A stretch of DNA of 55,106 nucleotides from an uncultured Actinomycetes bacterium (GCA_964424485.1 CAYRJB010000001.1:9595-64700), one strand, 5' to 3'. Shown: positions 17,976 through 29,465, counted from the first letter of the stretch. Numbers and translations are program-made. Notes: a model not told the origin generated them from the sequence alone.

Positions 17976-19484
17976 TTAATTTTCCTCTGGTTTTACCAGT
18001 GGGAAAAGAATCGTCTCACGGATTCCTAGACCTGTGAGGGCCATTAGAAGACGATCAACTCCCATTCCCATGCCGCCCATAGGTGGCATTGCATATTCCA
18101 TAGCGCGCAAGAAATCTTCATCCAGTTGCATGGCCTCTAGGTCGCCCTTAGCTCCAAGATTCGCTTGTTCGACAAGGCGATCACGCTGAATAACCGGATC
18201 AATTAATTCAGAATATCCAGTAGCTAATTCGAAGCCTTGAACGTAGAGATCCCATTTTTCTACAATTCCTGGAGTTGAACGATGTGCACGAACTAACGGC
18301 GAAGTATCTACTGGATAGCCTTTAACAAAAATCGGTTCTACCAATTTTCCTTTGGTGACATGCTCGAAAATCTCTTCAGCTAATTTTCCAGTAATCCATT
18401 TTGGGTCGACTTTCATGCCGAGCTTTTCTGCAATGATTTTCAGCTTTTCATATGAAGTTTGAGCTGTAATTTCTTCCCCAACGCCATCGGAAATCAGATC
18501 ATATAGATTCGCCGTCCGCCATTCTCCCCCTAAATCAAATTGCGTTCCATCATGATGGGTAACCACATGGCTTCCAAAGACTGCCTTTGCAGATTCTTGG
18601 ACTAGGTTTCGCGTAAGCGTTGCCATCGTTTCCCAATCACCATACGCTTCGTATGACTCAATCATCGCAAATTCAGGTGAGTGAGAAGAATCCGCGCCTT
18701 CATTGCGGAAATTTCTATTGACCTCAAATACACGTTCGATTCCGCCAACAACGCATCGCTTGAGAAATAGTTCAGGAGCAATACGAAGGAATAGATCCAT
18801 GTCGTAGGCGTTTGAGTAAGTCTTGAATGGGCGAGCAGCAGCACCTCCGTGCATTACTTGAAGCATCGGTGTCTCTACCTCAATAAAGTCGCGAGATGAG
18901 AAGGATGCGCGAATCTGCTGCATGACTGCAGGGCGAAGTCGAGCATTAGCGCGAGCTTCAGGTCGGACAATCAAATCAACATAACGCATACGTACGCGAG
19001 TTTCCTCGGAGAGCGGTTTATGTTCAACAGGAAGTGGGCGTAATGATTTTGCTGCGATGTTATATCCATCTGCCAAAATTGAAAGTTCACCACGTTTGGA
19101 TGTAATGACTTCGCCAGTGACTGAGACTATGTCTCCTAAATCAATATCAGCTTTCCAAGCATCTAGTGCTTCTTGTCCCACTTTATCGAGTGAAAGCATG
19201 GCTTGCAGTTCAGTTCCATCGCCTTCACGGAGAGTCGCGAAACAAAGTTTGCCTGTGTCGCGCTTGAAGATGACTCGACCTGAAACTGATTCTTTAATTC
19301 CCGTTGCCACATCAATTTCTAAACCTGAATGGCGCTCACGAATTTCTTTGAGAGTCGCTGTCCGGGGAACAGAAACTGGATACGCTTCTTGGCCGCGATC
19401 GATGATTGCCTGGCGCTTTTCACGACGAATGCGTAACTGCTCGGGTAGATCGTCTTCAGGTGTTGGAAGATTAGGCTGCGTCAT
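17976..19484 (-). CDS. lysS: lysine--tRNA ligase (class II)
   Basis: 502 aa with an OB-fold anticodon domain and class II core ([23 protein letters not shown]). Confidence 0.95.
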   Translation of the reverse strand: MTQPNLPTPEDDLPEQLRIRREKRQAIIDRGQEAYPVSVPRTATLKEIRERHSGLEIDVATGIKESVSGRVIFKRDTGKLCFATLREGDGTELQAMLSLDKVGQEALDAWKADIDLGDIVSVTGEVITSKRGELSILADGYNIAAKSLRPLPVEHKPLSEETRVRMRYVDLIVRPEARANARLRPAVMQQIRASFSSRDFIEVETPMLQVMHGGAAARPFKTYSNAYDMDLFLRIAPELFLKRCVVGGIERVFEVNRNFRNEGADSSHSPEFAMIESYEAYGDWETMATLTRNLVQESAKAVFGSHVVTHHDGTQFDLGGEWRTANLYDLISDGVGEEITAQTSYEKLKIIAEKLGMKVDPKWITGKLAEEIFEHVTKGKLVEPIFVKGYPVDTSPLVRAHRSTPGIVEKWDLYVQGFELATGYSELIDPVIQRDRLVEQANLGAKGDLEAMQLDEDFLRAMEYAMPPMGGMGMGVDRLLMALTGLGIRETILFPLVKPEEN

Positions 19485-19504
19485 AGTGGCGCAACTCTAC
19501 CGGT

Positions 19505-20278
19505 TCAACGGTTTCGTTCGTGAATGAGTCTCAAGCCGATAAGAGTGAGATCTGGCTCGAAGACATCAATCGTGTCAGCGATTCCTTTTATTAGTGGAGC
19601 AAGGCCGCCCGTTGCGATAACTGTGACTTCATTCGAATCTGGATAAAGCTCATCGAGTTCATCGATGATACGAGTTACTAGTCCATCTACTTGTCCAGCA
19701 AACCCATAAATGGTTCCCGATTGAAGTGCTTCAACAGTATTTTTGCCAATAACTGATCGAGGTTTAACGAGTTCCACTTTTCGAAGTTGTGCCGCGCGAG
19801 CAGCAAGGGCATCTACTGAAATCTCAATTCCCGGCGCGAGGGCGCCACCGAGAAATTCCCCTTTAGGCGAGACAACATCAAGATTTGTGGATGTACCAAA
19901 ATCCACAACGATGGAAGGACCGTCTGGGAAGAGTGTGTGGGCAGCCAATGTATTCACAATACGATCTGCACCAATTTCCTTGGGATTATCCACTTGAAGT
20001 GGAACTCCGGTTTTAACTCCAGGTTCAACTATGGTGGTAGGTGTATGTGGGAAATATCGTGAGAGCATCGTGCGAATCTCGCGAAGTGTCGCGGGCACTG
20101 TTGAGCAGACAGAGAGGCCTGTTACAGAGAAATCCTCAATAAGGGAACGGTACTGGAGCCACAATTCATCTGCTGTGTCTCGAGGATCAGTCTTTACTCT
20201 CCACGAGTGAGCAAGTTTGTCTCCATCAAAGAGACCTAAAACGGTATTTGTATTGCCAACGTCGATTGTTAAAAGCAT
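19505..20278 (-). CDS. coaX: type III pantothenate kinase
   Basis: MLLTIDVGNTNTVLGLF N-terminus and ASKHA fold motifs (ATGGLA). Confidence 0.93.
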   Translation of the reverse strand: MLLTIDVGNTNTVLGLFDGDKLAHSWRVKTDPRDTADELWLQYRSLIEDFSVTGLSVCSTVPATLREIRTMLSRYFPHTPTTIVEPGVKTGVPLQVDNPKEIGADRIVNTLAAHTLFPDGPSIVVDFGTSTNLDVVSPKGEFLGGALAPGIEISVDALAARAAQLRKVELVKPRSVIGKNTVEALQSGTIYGFAGQVDGLVTRIIDELDELYPDSNEVTVIATGGLAPLIKGIADTIDVFEPDLTLIGLRLIHERNR

Positions 20279-20281
20279 TTC

Positions 20282-21160
20282 TTATTCCGCCTTAAGGTCT
20301 AATCCGATATCAAGGACTGGTGCAGAATGGGTTAAAGCACCAACAGCTAGAAAATCAACACCGGTATTCGCATAGGCCTTTGCATTTTCAATTGAAAGGC
20401 CTCCGGATGATTCAAGTTTTGTAGAACCTTTAGAAATTTCGACCGCGGCTCGTGTCTGCTCGAGATTCATATTGTCTAGTAGAACTAAATCTGCACCAGC
20501 AGAAACAACATCTTTCAGTTGTTCGAGCGTATCCACTTCAACTTCCACGAGAAGATTGGGGAACTTCGAACGAACCGCCGAAAACGCTTCTCGCACACCT
20601 CCTGCAGCGACGATGTGATTATCTTTGATGAGAGCAGCATCTCGGAGAGACATTCGATGATTAACTCCACCCCCCATACGAACGGCAAATTTCTCCAAAT
20701 CTCGCAACAGAGGAGTTGTTTTACGAGTATCTCGAATTTTCGCTTTTGTACCAGCGACCTCTGTAACCCATCGATGTGTCAAAGTGGCGATACCAGAGAG
20801 TCGACCTAGGAAATTGAGAGCAGTTCTCTCTGCAAGAAGTAGCTTTTGCGTGCTTCCTCTTGCACTCAGAATGAGTTGTCCTTCTTCGACTCGAGTTCCA
20901 TCTTTTACATGAAGTGTGTAATCATCAATGCCTACGACTTCTAATACGGCTGCGGCAACACAAAGCCCTGCAATATAGCCAGATTTACGTGCATGAAATT
21001 CGGCAATGGAGTTTTGATTATCCGGAATAGTTGCGACCGAGGTGACATCAACCCCACCATCCAAGTCCTCTTCAATAGTTGCTCGGGCTAATGTCTCAAC
21101 GTTTACCGGGTCTAGCTCAAGTGAACTTAACAAGTCTGATAATGAGTGTGACAAAGTCAT
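20282..21160 (-). CDS. nadC: nicotinate-nucleotide pyrophosphorylase (carboxylating)
   Basis: 292 aa with QPRTase-family similarity over its full length (…LLAERTALNFL…RDTRKTTPLLR…HR..L.D…IKDNH…). 4-nt overlap with nadB. Confidence 0.9.
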   Translation of the reverse strand: MTLSHSLSDLLSSLELDPVNVETLARATIEEDLDGGVDVTSVATIPDNQNSIAEFHARKSGYIAGLCVAAAVLEVVGIDDYTLHVKDGTRVEEGQLILSARGSTQKLLLAERTALNFLGRLSGIATLTHRWVTEVAGTKAKIRDTRKTTPLLRDLEKFAVRMGGGVNHRMSLRDAALIKDNHIVAAGGVREAFSAVRSKFPNLLVEVEVDTLEQLKDVVSAGADLVLLDNMNLEQTRAAVEISKGSTKLESSGGLSIENAKAYANTGVDFLAVGALTHSAPVLDIGLDLKAE

Positions 21161-22770
21161 AAGGTAATTCCTATTTCATCCATGTGCCAATGTCCATCTC
21201 TGTCATAAGTTTGCGTAATGCGTTTGCGATAAAGATCTGAAGTTAATGGATAGTCGCTGCGCCAATGAGAACCTCGACTTTCCTTTCGTGCAAGCGCGCC
21301 TTGAACAATGGCAGTCGCAAGCAAATAAAGGTTTGTGGCTTCCCAAGTTGTTATGTTCGGCTCTGTCGAATGGCGAGTAGCGAGTTGGCGCAATTGTCCA
21401 AGTGTCTCGTTCAGAGAATTTTCTGAACGAAGCACGCCTACACCTTCAGTCATAGATAGTTGAAGTGGGAGTCGAATTGATGAATCTAGCAATATTCCAG
21501 GTTCGGATTTAATTGATGGCTGACTTTGTGGAGGCAAATTTGAAGCAATATCTGCTGCAATAGCAGCTCCAAATACCAACCCTTCTAAGAGTGAGTTCGA
21601 AGCTAGACGATTTGCACCATGCACACCTGTGCACGCAGTTTCTCCGCACGCATATAAACCTGGAACAGATGTGCGCCCTTTTAGATCGACTAACACACCG
21701 CCCGATGCATAATGAGATGCAGGGGCTACTGGAATGAGTTGGCTTCTTGGGTCAATTCCGTTTTCTAGACACGATGTGAATATAGATGGGAATCGCTCTT
21801 CAAAATGTGGAATACCTGTCGCATCAAGCCAGACATGCGAAATCTGATGGGTCTTCATTTGATTGAAAATTTCTTTCGCAACGATGTCGCGTGGGGCTAG
21901 ATCTGCAAGTTCATGTTTGCCTTGCATAAATCTCTCACCTTTATGATTAAGAAGAATGGCACCTTCTCCTCGAACAGCTTCGCTAATGAGAGGTTGTTGG
22001 CCGCGTGCCAATCCCGATTCGCGCCACAAAACAGTTGGGTGAAACTGGATAAACTCAACGTCAGCGATAGTTGCGCCGGCTCGTAGCGCCATTGCAACTC
22101 CATCACCAGTAGAAACAGATGGATTAGTTGTTTGTGCGAAGACTTGTCCTAGTCCCCCAGTTGCAATCACGACTGCACGAGCAAGTGCTCTACCTACTCC
22201 ATCGCGAGAACCTTCGCCTATGACGTGCACTGTAACTCCACAGACTCTTCCTGCATCATCCTGTAAAGCGTCAATAACTAGCGCATGTTCTATTACTTCG
22301 ATTCCTTCATCTTGATGCACAGCTGATAGAAGCGCTCTAGACACTTCAGCGCCTGTTGCATCACCGCCCGCGTGCAAAATTCGATTTGTGTGGTGCCCAC
22401 CTTCACGCCCAAGGGAAATTTCACCAGATTGGGAGCGATCAAAAACTGCACCACGGGCCATTAATTTCTTTACTGCGTCAGGACCTTGAGTTACTAACAA
22501 ATTAACTGCGTCTACATCGCAAAGACCAGCACCTGCAATTAATGTGTCTTCCTTATGAGCTTCTGGAGAATCTCCTGGTCCAAGAGCCGCAGCGATTCCA
22601 CCTTGTGCCCATTTAGTTGATCCTTCATCGATATAGCCTTTTGTAACAAGAAGAACTGAAAGATTTTCAGCACGTAAAGTGAGAGCAGTAGTAAGACCCG
22701 CTACACCTGAACCAATAACAATGACATCAGCTTGGACTGTCCAGCCAGGTGAAGGCGCAAGAAGTTTCAT
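21157..22770 (-). CDS. nadB: L-aspartate oxidase
   Basis: FAD motif VIVIGSGVAGL and succinate dehydrogenase/fumarate reductase flavoprotein-like core (HYASGGV, RGSHWR). 4-nt overlap with panC. Confidence 0.92.
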   Translation of the reverse strand: MKLLAPSPGWTVQADVIVIGSGVAGLTTALTLRAENLSVLLVTKGYIDEGSTKWAQGGIAAALGPGDSPEAHKEDTLIAGAGLCDVDAVNLLVTQGPDAVKKLMARGAVFDRSQSGEISLGREGGHHTNRILHAGGDATGAEVSRALLSAVHQDEGIEVIEHALVIDALQDDAGRVCGVTVHVIGEGSRDGVGRALARAVVIATGGLGQVFAQTTNPSVSTGDGVAMALRAGATIADVEFIQFHPTVLWRESGLARGQQPLISEAVRGEGAILLNHKGERFMQGKHELADLAPRDIVAKEIFNQMKTHQISHVWLDATGIPHFEERFPSIFTSCLENGIDPRSQLIPVAPASHYASGGVLVDLKGRTSVPGLYACGETACTGVHGANRLASNSLLEGLVFGAAIAADIASNLPPQSQPSIKSEPGILLDSSIRLPLQLSMTEGVGVLRSENSLNETLGQLRQLATRHSTEPNITTWEATNLYLLATAIVQGALARKESRGSHWRSDYPLTSDLYRKRITQTYDRDGHWHMDEIGITL

Positions 22771-23552
22771 GCTTCAATCACCATTTTCATATTATCTAAC
22801 AAACGCACACCCTCTACCCAACCCGCTACCAAAGCTCGGAATTGAGTTGTTGACTGAGTTGGCGCTGAAAAAGTCTGCTCATCAATAATTGTTGCGTAAT
22901 CGATGGTAAAACCTGGCTCCTCCGAAAGTACGGCGTGGAGAATTCGCTTGGCATGTTCTAAGTGGAGTTCATGATGAGCTGCATGCAGTGCGCGTTGAAT
23001 AACGAGAGCTTGATTGCGCCCCATTGATGTAAGTCTTACATTTCGAGAAGAAAGTGCCAAGCCATCCTCATCTCTTATGAGTGGCCCGGCAACTATCTGA
23101 ATTGGAAGATCATTTTCTTTGACAAATCTAGAGATGAGATAGAGCTGTTGAAAATCTTTTTCGCCAAATATCGCATGGGTTGGTTTAACCTTCTCGAAAA
23201 GTCTTGCAACCACAGTGAGCACGCCATCAAAATGTCCAGGACGTTTGACACCCTCAAACAAATTTCCTAACGGTCCTGCAGAAATCTGCTGTACTTCACC
23301 AGGGTATATCTCTTCGACAGTCGGAGCCCAAATAGTTGTGGCCCCTGCTTGAAGTGCAAGTTTTCTATCACCCTCAAGATCACGTGGGTATTTTGCAAGA
23401 TCATCGGGGTTTTCAAATTGAAGCGGATTTACAAAAATCGAGACGACAACATCATCGGAATATTTGCGGGCAAGCGAAATCAGTGAAAGGTGGCCAGCAT
23501 GAAGTGCGCCCATGGTTGGGACGAAGGCCTTGCTTTTAGATTTGCTATTCAC
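22767..23552 (-). CDS. panC: pantoate--beta-alanine ligase
   Basis: PTMGALHAGH motif. 261 aa with full-length PanC similarity. Confidence 0.93.
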   Translation of the reverse strand: MNSKSKSKAFVPTMGALHAGHLSLISLARKYSDDVVVSIFVNPLQFENPDDLAKYPRDLEGDRKLALQAGATTIWAPTVEEIYPGEVQQISAGPLGNLFEGVKRPGHFDGVLTVVARLFEKVKPTHAIFGEKDFQQLYLISRFVKENDLPIQIVAGPLIRDEDGLALSSRNVRLTSMGRNQALVIQRALHAAHHELHLEHAKRILHAVLSEEPGFTIDYATIIDEQTFSAPTQSTTQFRALVAGWVEGVRLLDNMKMVIEA

Positions 23553-23598
23553 TCAGATCCAGTCCTTTCAGGTACCGGTCAGGAAAAGCGTACTCCAC

Positions 23599-24039
23599 TT
23601 AAAGCTTTGCAAGTAATTCGGAGATTGGAGCTTCGCCGAGGATGGCATTTGGGTCTACCTCAAGCCATGGCGCCAATACGAAAGCACGTTCATGGGCCCT
23701 GGGATGTGGCAACGTCAATGTCGGATCATTGCTAACAACATCACCAAACATGATGATGTCCAAATCGAGGGTACGTGCACCCCACCGTACTTCGCGAGTA
23801 CGACCAGCCTCATTTTCAATTTTCTGCAATTCTTTCAATAAGGTTTCAGCAGTATGAGTTGTTTCGCCTACAGCAACGGCGTTGAGATATTTGGGTTGCT
23901 CTGGGCCGCCCACAGGATCTGTCTCAATGTAACTTGAAATCTTTATGTGTGAGAGATGCTCTGAGAGCCGTGAAGCCGCGAAATCAAGAGTTGCTTCACG
24001 ATTGCCTAAATTAGAGCCAAGAGCAATAACAACTTTCAT
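23599..24039 (-). CDS. folK: 2-amino-4-hydroxy-6-hydroxymethyldihydropteridine diphosphokinase
   Basis: 146 aa with RWGARTLDLDII and LPHPR motifs. 4-nt overlap with folB. Confidence 0.92.
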   Translation of the reverse strand: MKVVIALGSNLGNREATLDFAASRLSEHLSHIKISSYIETDPVGGPEQPKYLNAVAVGETTHTAETLLKELQKIENEAGRTREVRWGARTLDLDIIMFGDVVSNDPTLTLPHPRAHERAFVLAPWLEVDPNAILGEAPISELLAKL

Positions 24040-24401
24040 GGACGAGAACGCTCGATTTCAACCGCTATGTCAGTCAATGGAATACCGACTGGAGCATCAG
24101 GTTTGTGAAGCGTTACTTTGACTTTAATAATTTGATCGAAGTCGCGCAATATTTTAATTGCAATTCTTTCAGCGACAGTTTCAATAAGATTGCAAGGTTC
24201 CCCTACTAACTCTTGGTGAGCCACCTTTGCGATCACTGAGTAATCAGTTGAATCTTTCAATTCGTCACTCTGGCCAGCCGGATAAAGATCGAGGTCGAGT
24301 ACCAAATCAACGCTAAATTTCTGACCTTGGCGCCGCTCTTCTGAGTAAACTCCATGAAAACCAAAACCCGTGATGCCTGTTAAATAAATTTTGTCACTCA
24401 T
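24036..24401 (-). CDS. folB: dihydroneopterin aldolase
   Basis: 121 aa with FolB-family pattern (GFHGV..EER..GQ.F.VD) and its position between folP and folK. Confidence 0.9.
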   Translation of the reverse strand: MSDKIYLTGITGFGFHGVYSEERRQGQKFSVDLVLDLDLYPAGQSDELKDSTDYSVIAKVAHQELVGEPCNLIETVAERIAIKILRDFDQIIKVKVTLHKPDAPVGIPLTDIAVEIERSRP

Positions 24402-25205
24402 TTACTTATCCAATTCTTCAATAACAGCTATGGCATCTCGATGAGCTCGTACGGCATGAGTTCGCACTGCCCATACTCTCTGCCTAGCTAACTCAGTTGT
24501 CAATGCAATAGTGGCGTCTTCACGGTCGTCAGGATTATCACGCTCTAACAATTCACCGAGAAATCTTTTTCGCGAAGCGCCGATAAGAATCGGATATCCG
24601 AGCAGAGCCAAACGATCGAGATTACGAAGTAACTCCCAATTGTGTTCTGCAGTTTTTGCAAAGCCAATTCCTGGATCGATGATGATTTGCTCGCCATCAA
24701 TTCCAGCGTCCAGTAGTTCTGCAATTCTTTGATCAAGCTCTTCTTTAACTTCCCTTACAACATCCTTATAGTGGGCCTTTTCTTGCATTTCACGCGAATG
24801 CCCCCGCCAATGCATCGCTATATATTGAACACTTTTGTTTCTAGCGATCAGTGGTGCCATTGCTGGATCAGCCAAACCACCACTGACATCATTGACTATT
24901 GTTGCTCCGGCTGAAATTGCTGCTTCAGCTACTTCTGCGCGCATCGTGTCGATAGAGAGCGGAACACCTCGTGATTGCAGTTCCGTGATGAGTGGGATTG
25001 TTCTATCTATTTCAACATCCGCAGCGACTCGTTCGGCTCCCGGCCGAGTAGATTCACCGCCAATATCGATGATATCCGCGCCTTCCAAAATCATTTCTTC
25101 GGCGCGAGCAAGAGCAAGGGCAAATGTGTCATGACGTCCACCATCTGCGAATGAATCAGGAGTGACATTAAGAATCCCCATTACGAGAGTTCGCTGATCG
25201 CTCAT
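24402..25205 (-). CDS. folP: dihydropteroate synthase
   Basis: GILNVTPDSFADGG motif. Pterin-binding barrel, 267 aa. Confidence 0.93.
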   Translation of the reverse strand: MSDQRTLVMGILNVTPDSFADGGRHDTFALALARAEEMILEGADIIDIGGESTRPGAERVAADVEIDRTIPLITELQSRGVPLSIDTMRAEVAEAAISAGATIVNDVSGGLADPAMAPLIARNKSVQYIAMHWRGHSREMQEKAHYKDVVREVKEELDQRIAELLDAGIDGEQIIIDPGIGFAKTAEHNWELLRNLDRLALLGYPILIGASRKRFLGELLERDNPDDREDATIALTTELARQRVWAVRTHAVRAHRDAIAVIEELDK

Positions 25206-25219
25206 AGAGATTAACTCTT

Positions 25220-25819
25220 TTATTTCTTATGTGCAGTGATGAGAGCCATTGCTTCCGCGCGCGTGGCGGCGTTACGAAGCTGTCCTCGAACAGCCGAAGT
25301 CGTCGTTCGAGCTTCTGATTTTCGAACTCCGCGCATTGACATACATAGATGTTCACAATCAATAACAACAATCACGCCTGCAGCATCCAGAATTTCCACC
25401 AGTGCATCTGCAATCTGAGTCGTGAGTCGCTCTTGTACTTGTGGACGTCTCGCGTAGAGATCCACGAGTCGAGCAAGCTTAGAGAGACCCGTAATACGTC
25501 CTGCTTCTCCCGGGATATAACCAATATGTGCAACTCCATGAAACGGAACGAGATGGTGCTCGCACTGAGAGAAAACTTCAATATCTCTCACGATGACAAG
25601 TTCTTTATGTCCCAAATCAAAAGTAGTCGTGAGTACATCTTCTGGTGATTTATAGAGACCTTCGTAATTCTCTTGCAACGATCTCGCGACACGTGCAGGA
25701 GTATCTTTTAACCCATCACGCTCAGGATCTTCACCAAGAGCCAATAGCAATTCTCGAATAGCTCTCTCGGCACGTTGAGCATCGAAAGGTGCACGCGCTC
25801 TTCCATCGTGCGGCCCCAT
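25220..25819 (-). CDS. folE: GTP cyclohydrolase I
   Basis: CEHH motif ([10 protein letters not shown]) and HxC region. The ORF opens at 25924 but that would overlap the ftsH 3' end. ATG 25819 (MGPHDG...) or GTG 25849 are the realistic starts. Confidence 0.9.
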   Translation of the reverse strand: MGPHDGRARAPFDAQRAERAIRELLLALGEDPERDGLKDTPARVARSLQENYEGLYKSPEDVLTTTFDLGHKELVIVRDIEVFSQCEHHLVPFHGVAHIGYIPGEAGRITGLSKLARLVDLYARRPQVQERLTTQIADALVEILDAAGVIVVIDCEHLCMSMRGVRKSEARTTTSAVRGQLRNAATRAEAMALITAHKK

Positions 25820-25841
25820 CGCTACTGGATTAATATCGTGA

Positions 25842-27893
25842 TCACTCACTACTTGGTTTCGCAGCTTTCTTTCTACTCTTTTTTGGAGCGGCCTCAGAAT
25901 CTGATTCGGATTTCTCCTGTGCAATTGATACTGGAGGAATATTCGAAGGTATGCGGAGTGAGGATCCGGTCCATGCTGGACGTGGTTTGACTTTCTTTAC
26001 CTTTGCAAAAATCTCAGCAATCTCTTCCTTGAGGAGCGTTTCTTTCTCCAAAAGTGCCACAACCAAGGCGTCAAGAATTTCACGATTCGCCACAAGAATG
26101 TCATATGCCTCCTGATGTGCATTTTGAATAAGTTTGCGAATCTCTTCATCAACAATTCCAGCGACTTCTTCTGAATAATCACGTTGATGTGTGTAATCAC
26201 GACCAAGGAAAGGTTGCGCATCAGAAGTCCCAAGTTTGATTGCGCCTAGACGTTCGGTCATTCCATATTGGGTAACCATTGATCGAGCTAAGTTGGTTGC
26301 TTTCTCAATGTCATTTCCTGCACCAGTAGTTGGATCATGGAAGATTAACTCTTCGGCTGCCCGACCACCTAATGAATAAGCTAGTTGATCAAGCATCTGA
26401 TTACGCGAAGTTGCGTAACGATCTTCATCAGGAAGGACCATGGTGTAACCAAGTGCACGTCCTCTAGGCATAATCGTAATCTTATGAACAGGGTCTGTAT
26501 GAGGAAGTGCGTGTGCAACGAGGGCGTGACCACCTTCGTGATATGCAGTTACTAACCTCTCCTCTTCTGTCATCACTCGTGAAGTGCGTTGTGGCCCTGC
26601 CATGACGCGATCGATTGCTTCATCCATCGCTTCAGTAGTAATAATCTTTTGATTTTGTCTTGCAGTAAGAAGTGCTGCTTCGTTCAGAACATTTGCAAGA
26701 TCTGCACCTGTAAAGCCAGGGGTACGTTTTGCAAAATCCTCTAGATTCACAGCTTTTGCAAGTGGCTTGCCTTTGGCATGTACTCCAAGGATTGCAATAC
26801 GTCCTTTGAGATCAGGACGATCAACTGGAATCTGACGATCAAATCGACCAGGGCGAAGGAGAGCAGGATCGAGCACATCAGGTCTGTTTGTTGCAGCAAT
26901 CAAGATGACTTGACCGTTTGCTTCAAAACCATCCATCTCAACGAGCAATTGATTAAGTGTTTGTTCGCGTTCATCGTGGCCGCCACCTAAACCAGCACCG
27001 CGTTGACGACCTACTGCATCAATCTCATCTACAAAAACAATTGCCGGTGCATTCAGTTTTGCTTGAGCAAAAAGATCCCTTACTCGAGCCGCTCCAACTC
27101 CAACAAACATTTCAACGAACTCAGAGCCTGAAATTGAATAGAAAGGAACTCCAGCTTCGCCAGCGACTGCACGAGCAAGAAGAGTCTTACCTGTTCCCGG
27201 TGGACCGTAAAGAAGCACACCCTTTGGAATCTTTGCTCCGATATCGCGATATCTCTGGGGTTCTTTTAGAAAATCTTTAATTTCCTGAAGTTCCGCGACG
27301 GCCTCATCTGCACCAGCAACATCAGCAAAGGTGTTGGTTGGCATCTCTTTATTTGCCATCTTTGCGCGACTACGGCCAAATTGAAATACCTTATTTCCAC
27401 CAGATGCGTTTCCCATCATCATCATAAGAAGGAAACCGATGAGCAGAATGGGTCCGAATGTGTAGAAAATCTGGGCCAAGAATGAGGTTGTCGGAACGGT
27501 TACATTCCATGATTTGGTTGGAGGATTCGCAGTTAGCGCCTCAATCAAAAGTTGTTCTTGATTTGTCGCATAACTTGCTTCTAAATATCGGGAACCCTTT
27601 ACGTAATTCCCTTCCTTTAAGTAAATACGAATCTTCTGTGTGCGATCGATGATGGTCGCTTTCTCAACTTTATTTGCTGAGATATCTGCAAGAACTGCAG
27701 AGGTATCAACTTTCACATATGTAGGTCCAGATCCCCCGACGCGTCCAAAAATTATTACTGCAACTAAGCCGAGAAGAATCCAGAAAAGTGGACCGCGGGC
27801 CCACTTGCGGACGCGCGTCTTTGGTTGCGCCATCTTCTTCTTTGGATCTTTAAATTGATCTTTCAATGGTTTTTTAGGTGATGGGGTGCTCAT
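25842..27893 (-). CDS. ftsH: ATP-dependent zinc metalloprotease FtsH
   Basis: Two TM helices, AAA+ Walker [12 protein letters not shown], and zinc motif HEGGH. Lys/Ser-rich C-terminal tail. Confidence 0.96.
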   Translation of the reverse strand: MSTPSPKKPLKDQFKDPKKKMAQPKTRVRKWARGPLFWILLGLVAVIIFGRVGGSGPTYVKVDTSAVLADISANKVEKATIIDRTQKIRIYLKEGNYVKGSRYLEASYATNQEQLLIEALTANPPTKSWNVTVPTTSFLAQIFYTFGPILLIGFLLMMMMGNASGGNKVFQFGRSRAKMANKEMPTNTFADVAGADEAVAELQEIKDFLKEPQRYRDIGAKIPKGVLLYGPPGTGKTLLARAVAGEAGVPFYSISGSEFVEMFVGVGAARVRDLFAQAKLNAPAIVFVDEIDAVGRQRGAGLGGGHDEREQTLNQLLVEMDGFEANGQVILIAATNRPDVLDPALLRPGRFDRQIPVDRPDLKGRIAILGVHAKGKPLAKAVNLEDFAKRTPGFTGADLANVLNEAALLTARQNQKIITTEAMDEAIDRVMAGPQRTSRVMTEEERLVTAYHEGGHALVAHALPHTDPVHKITIMPRGRALGYTMVLPDEDRYATSRNQMLDQLAYSLGGRAAEELIFHDPTTGAGNDIEKATNLARSMVTQYGMTERLGAIKLGTSDAQPFLGRDYTHQRDYSEEVAGIVDEEIRKLIQNAHQEAYDILVANREILDALVVALLEKETLLKEEIAEIFAKVKKVKPRPAWTGSSLRIPSNIPPVSIAQEKSESDSEAAPKKSRKKAAKPSSE

Positions 27894-28441
27894 GAGTACA
27901 CGTGTTTCGCTAGAACGCCAATAAAATCAAGATTGCGATATTTCTCGTTGAAATCAAGACCATAACCAACAACGAAATCTGTAGGGATATCAAATCCGAC
28001 ATATTTCACATCTACTTCAACCTTTGCAGCCTCTGGCTTGCGAAGCACTGTGAGAATTTCTACAGATGCAGCGCCGCGCGATTCAAGGTTTGCTTTCAAC
28101 CAAGAGAGAGTGAGGCCCGTATCGACAATATCCTCGATGATAAGTACGTGCCGACCAGTGATATCTCGATCGAGGTCTTTAAGAATTCGAACTACTCCAG
28201 AGGATTTGGTTCCAGAACCATAGGATGAAACCGCCATCCAATCTGTATCAACATGACGATTGAGTGCTCGAGCAAAGTCTGCAACTGCCATCACTGCGCC
28301 TTTGAGAACGCCAATAAGAAGTATGTCGCGACCTTCATAATCCTTCTCAATGTCTTTTGCGAGTTCGCGAAGTCGAGATTGAATCTGATCTGCTGTGACG
28401 ACAACTCGTTCGATGTCCCCACGTACGGATTCGAGGTCCAC
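27890..28441 (-). CDS. hpt: hypoxanthine phosphoribosyltransferase
   Basis: PRPP-binding motif VLIIEDIVDTGLT. 183 aa, GTG start. 4-nt overlap with ftsH. Confidence 0.92.
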   Translation of the reverse strand: MDLESVRGDIERVVVTADQIQSRLRELAKDIEKDYEGRDILLIGVLKGAVMAVADFARALNRHVDTDWMAVSSYGSGTKSSGVVRILKDLDRDITGRHVLIIEDIVDTGLTLSWLKANLESRGAASVEILTVLRKPEAAKVEVDVKYVGFDIPTDFVVGYGLDFNEKYRNLDFIGVLAKHVYS

Positions 28442-28478
28442 TGTGCTCCTTTTATCTAGCGCTCTGAGAGAGCTCTCT

Positions 28479-29426
28479 TTAGCCCTGGGTTGAGAGCGAA
28501 AGTCTGCCCGAAATCCGCGAAACCTTCACTCCGCCCGGCAGGGATGTGACGCCTTGCCCGTGCCACTCTGTGATGAGAGCCTCAACGGGAGCGAGATGAT
28601 CTGCCGAGATTGAGCCTGATGGCGCCCCTGCTGCATAGATGAGCTTGCGAAGTACGCGCGCCCTGACAGCAACTGGAAGAGCCTTCAATTCTTCAACATC
28701 GAGAGCATCCCTTTTATTCACAAATTCATCGGCAATCGAATCGAGGGCATCGGCATCTTCGCGCAAGATCTTGGATGAGCGGGCAAGGGCATCCACAATT
28801 CCTGGACCTAATTTCTCCTCTAGGAGTGGAAGGATGTGATGACGCACGCGTGAGCGCGCAAATCTTTCATCACGATTTTGTGGATCACTCCAGTAATCAA
28901 TTTTGTTTTCGGTGCACGCAGCTTCGGTTTGACCTCGCTCAATATTCAATAACGGTCGAACATATTTGCCAACAACTTGAGCCATACCAGAAAGAGATCG
29001 TGTGCCAGAACCCCGAGCAAGTCCAAGCAAAACAGTTTCAGCTAAATCATCTTTGGTATGGCCTAAAACAATTCTTTCTGCATCGATTGAATCCGCATAT
29101 TTATCTAGAGCGTCGTATCGAGCTCTTCGTGCGCTCGCCTCTATTCCGTCTGTAATTGCGACATCAACTGAGATAACTGCAATGTTTGAATAACCAATTT
29201 TTTTGAGTAACTCTTTAGTTTTAGAAGCAACCTCTGCGCTACCATCTTGTAAATTGTGATTAATAATTACCGCAAATAGTTCTGCGGGATTCTCTTTAAC
29301 TTTGTTCTCCAAAAAAGTTCCTAGAGCGAGGGCGAGCGAATCGGCTCCGCCTGAAACTGCAATCAGGATTCGATCACAATTCATCCATGGCCGAATTGCT
29401 TGGCGAATGGCGAGAATGGAGTCCAC
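28479..29426 (-). CDS. tilS: tRNA(Ile)-lysidine synthetase
   Basis: PP-loop motif SGGADS (ILIAVSGGADSLAL). 315 aa, GTG start. Conserved position next to hpt. Confidence 0.9.
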   Translation of the reverse strand: MDSILAIRQAIRPWMNCDRILIAVSGGADSLALALGTFLENKVKENPAELFAVIINHNLQDGSAEVASKTKELLKKIGYSNIAVISVDVAITDGIEASARRARYDALDKYADSIDAERIVLGHTKDDLAETVLLGLARGSGTRSLSGMAQVVGKYVRPLLNIERGQTEAACTENKIDYWSDPQNRDERFARSRVRHHILPLLEEKLGPGIVDALARSSKILREDADALDSIADEFVNKRDALDVEELKALPVAVRARVLRKLIYAAGAPSGSISADHLAPVEALITEWHGQGVTSLPGGVKVSRISGRLSLSTQG

Positions 29427-29465
29427 CGGCCCACTCTAGTTAGGTACGAAGGGCGGTGCGAAAAA

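Noticed and set aside
19057-19527. 156-aa ORF on the + strand inside lysS
   Set aside because: It is antisense to lysS and Ser/Arg/Pro-rich. It also overlaps the lysS start and the coaX 3' end. A shadow ORF.
25820-25924. N-terminal extension of folE overlapping the ftsH 3' end
   Set aside because: GTP cyclohydrolase I homologues are about 190-200 aa. The extension is basic, low-complexity sequence read from the opposite phase of the ftsH tail, so I chose the internal ATG 25819.
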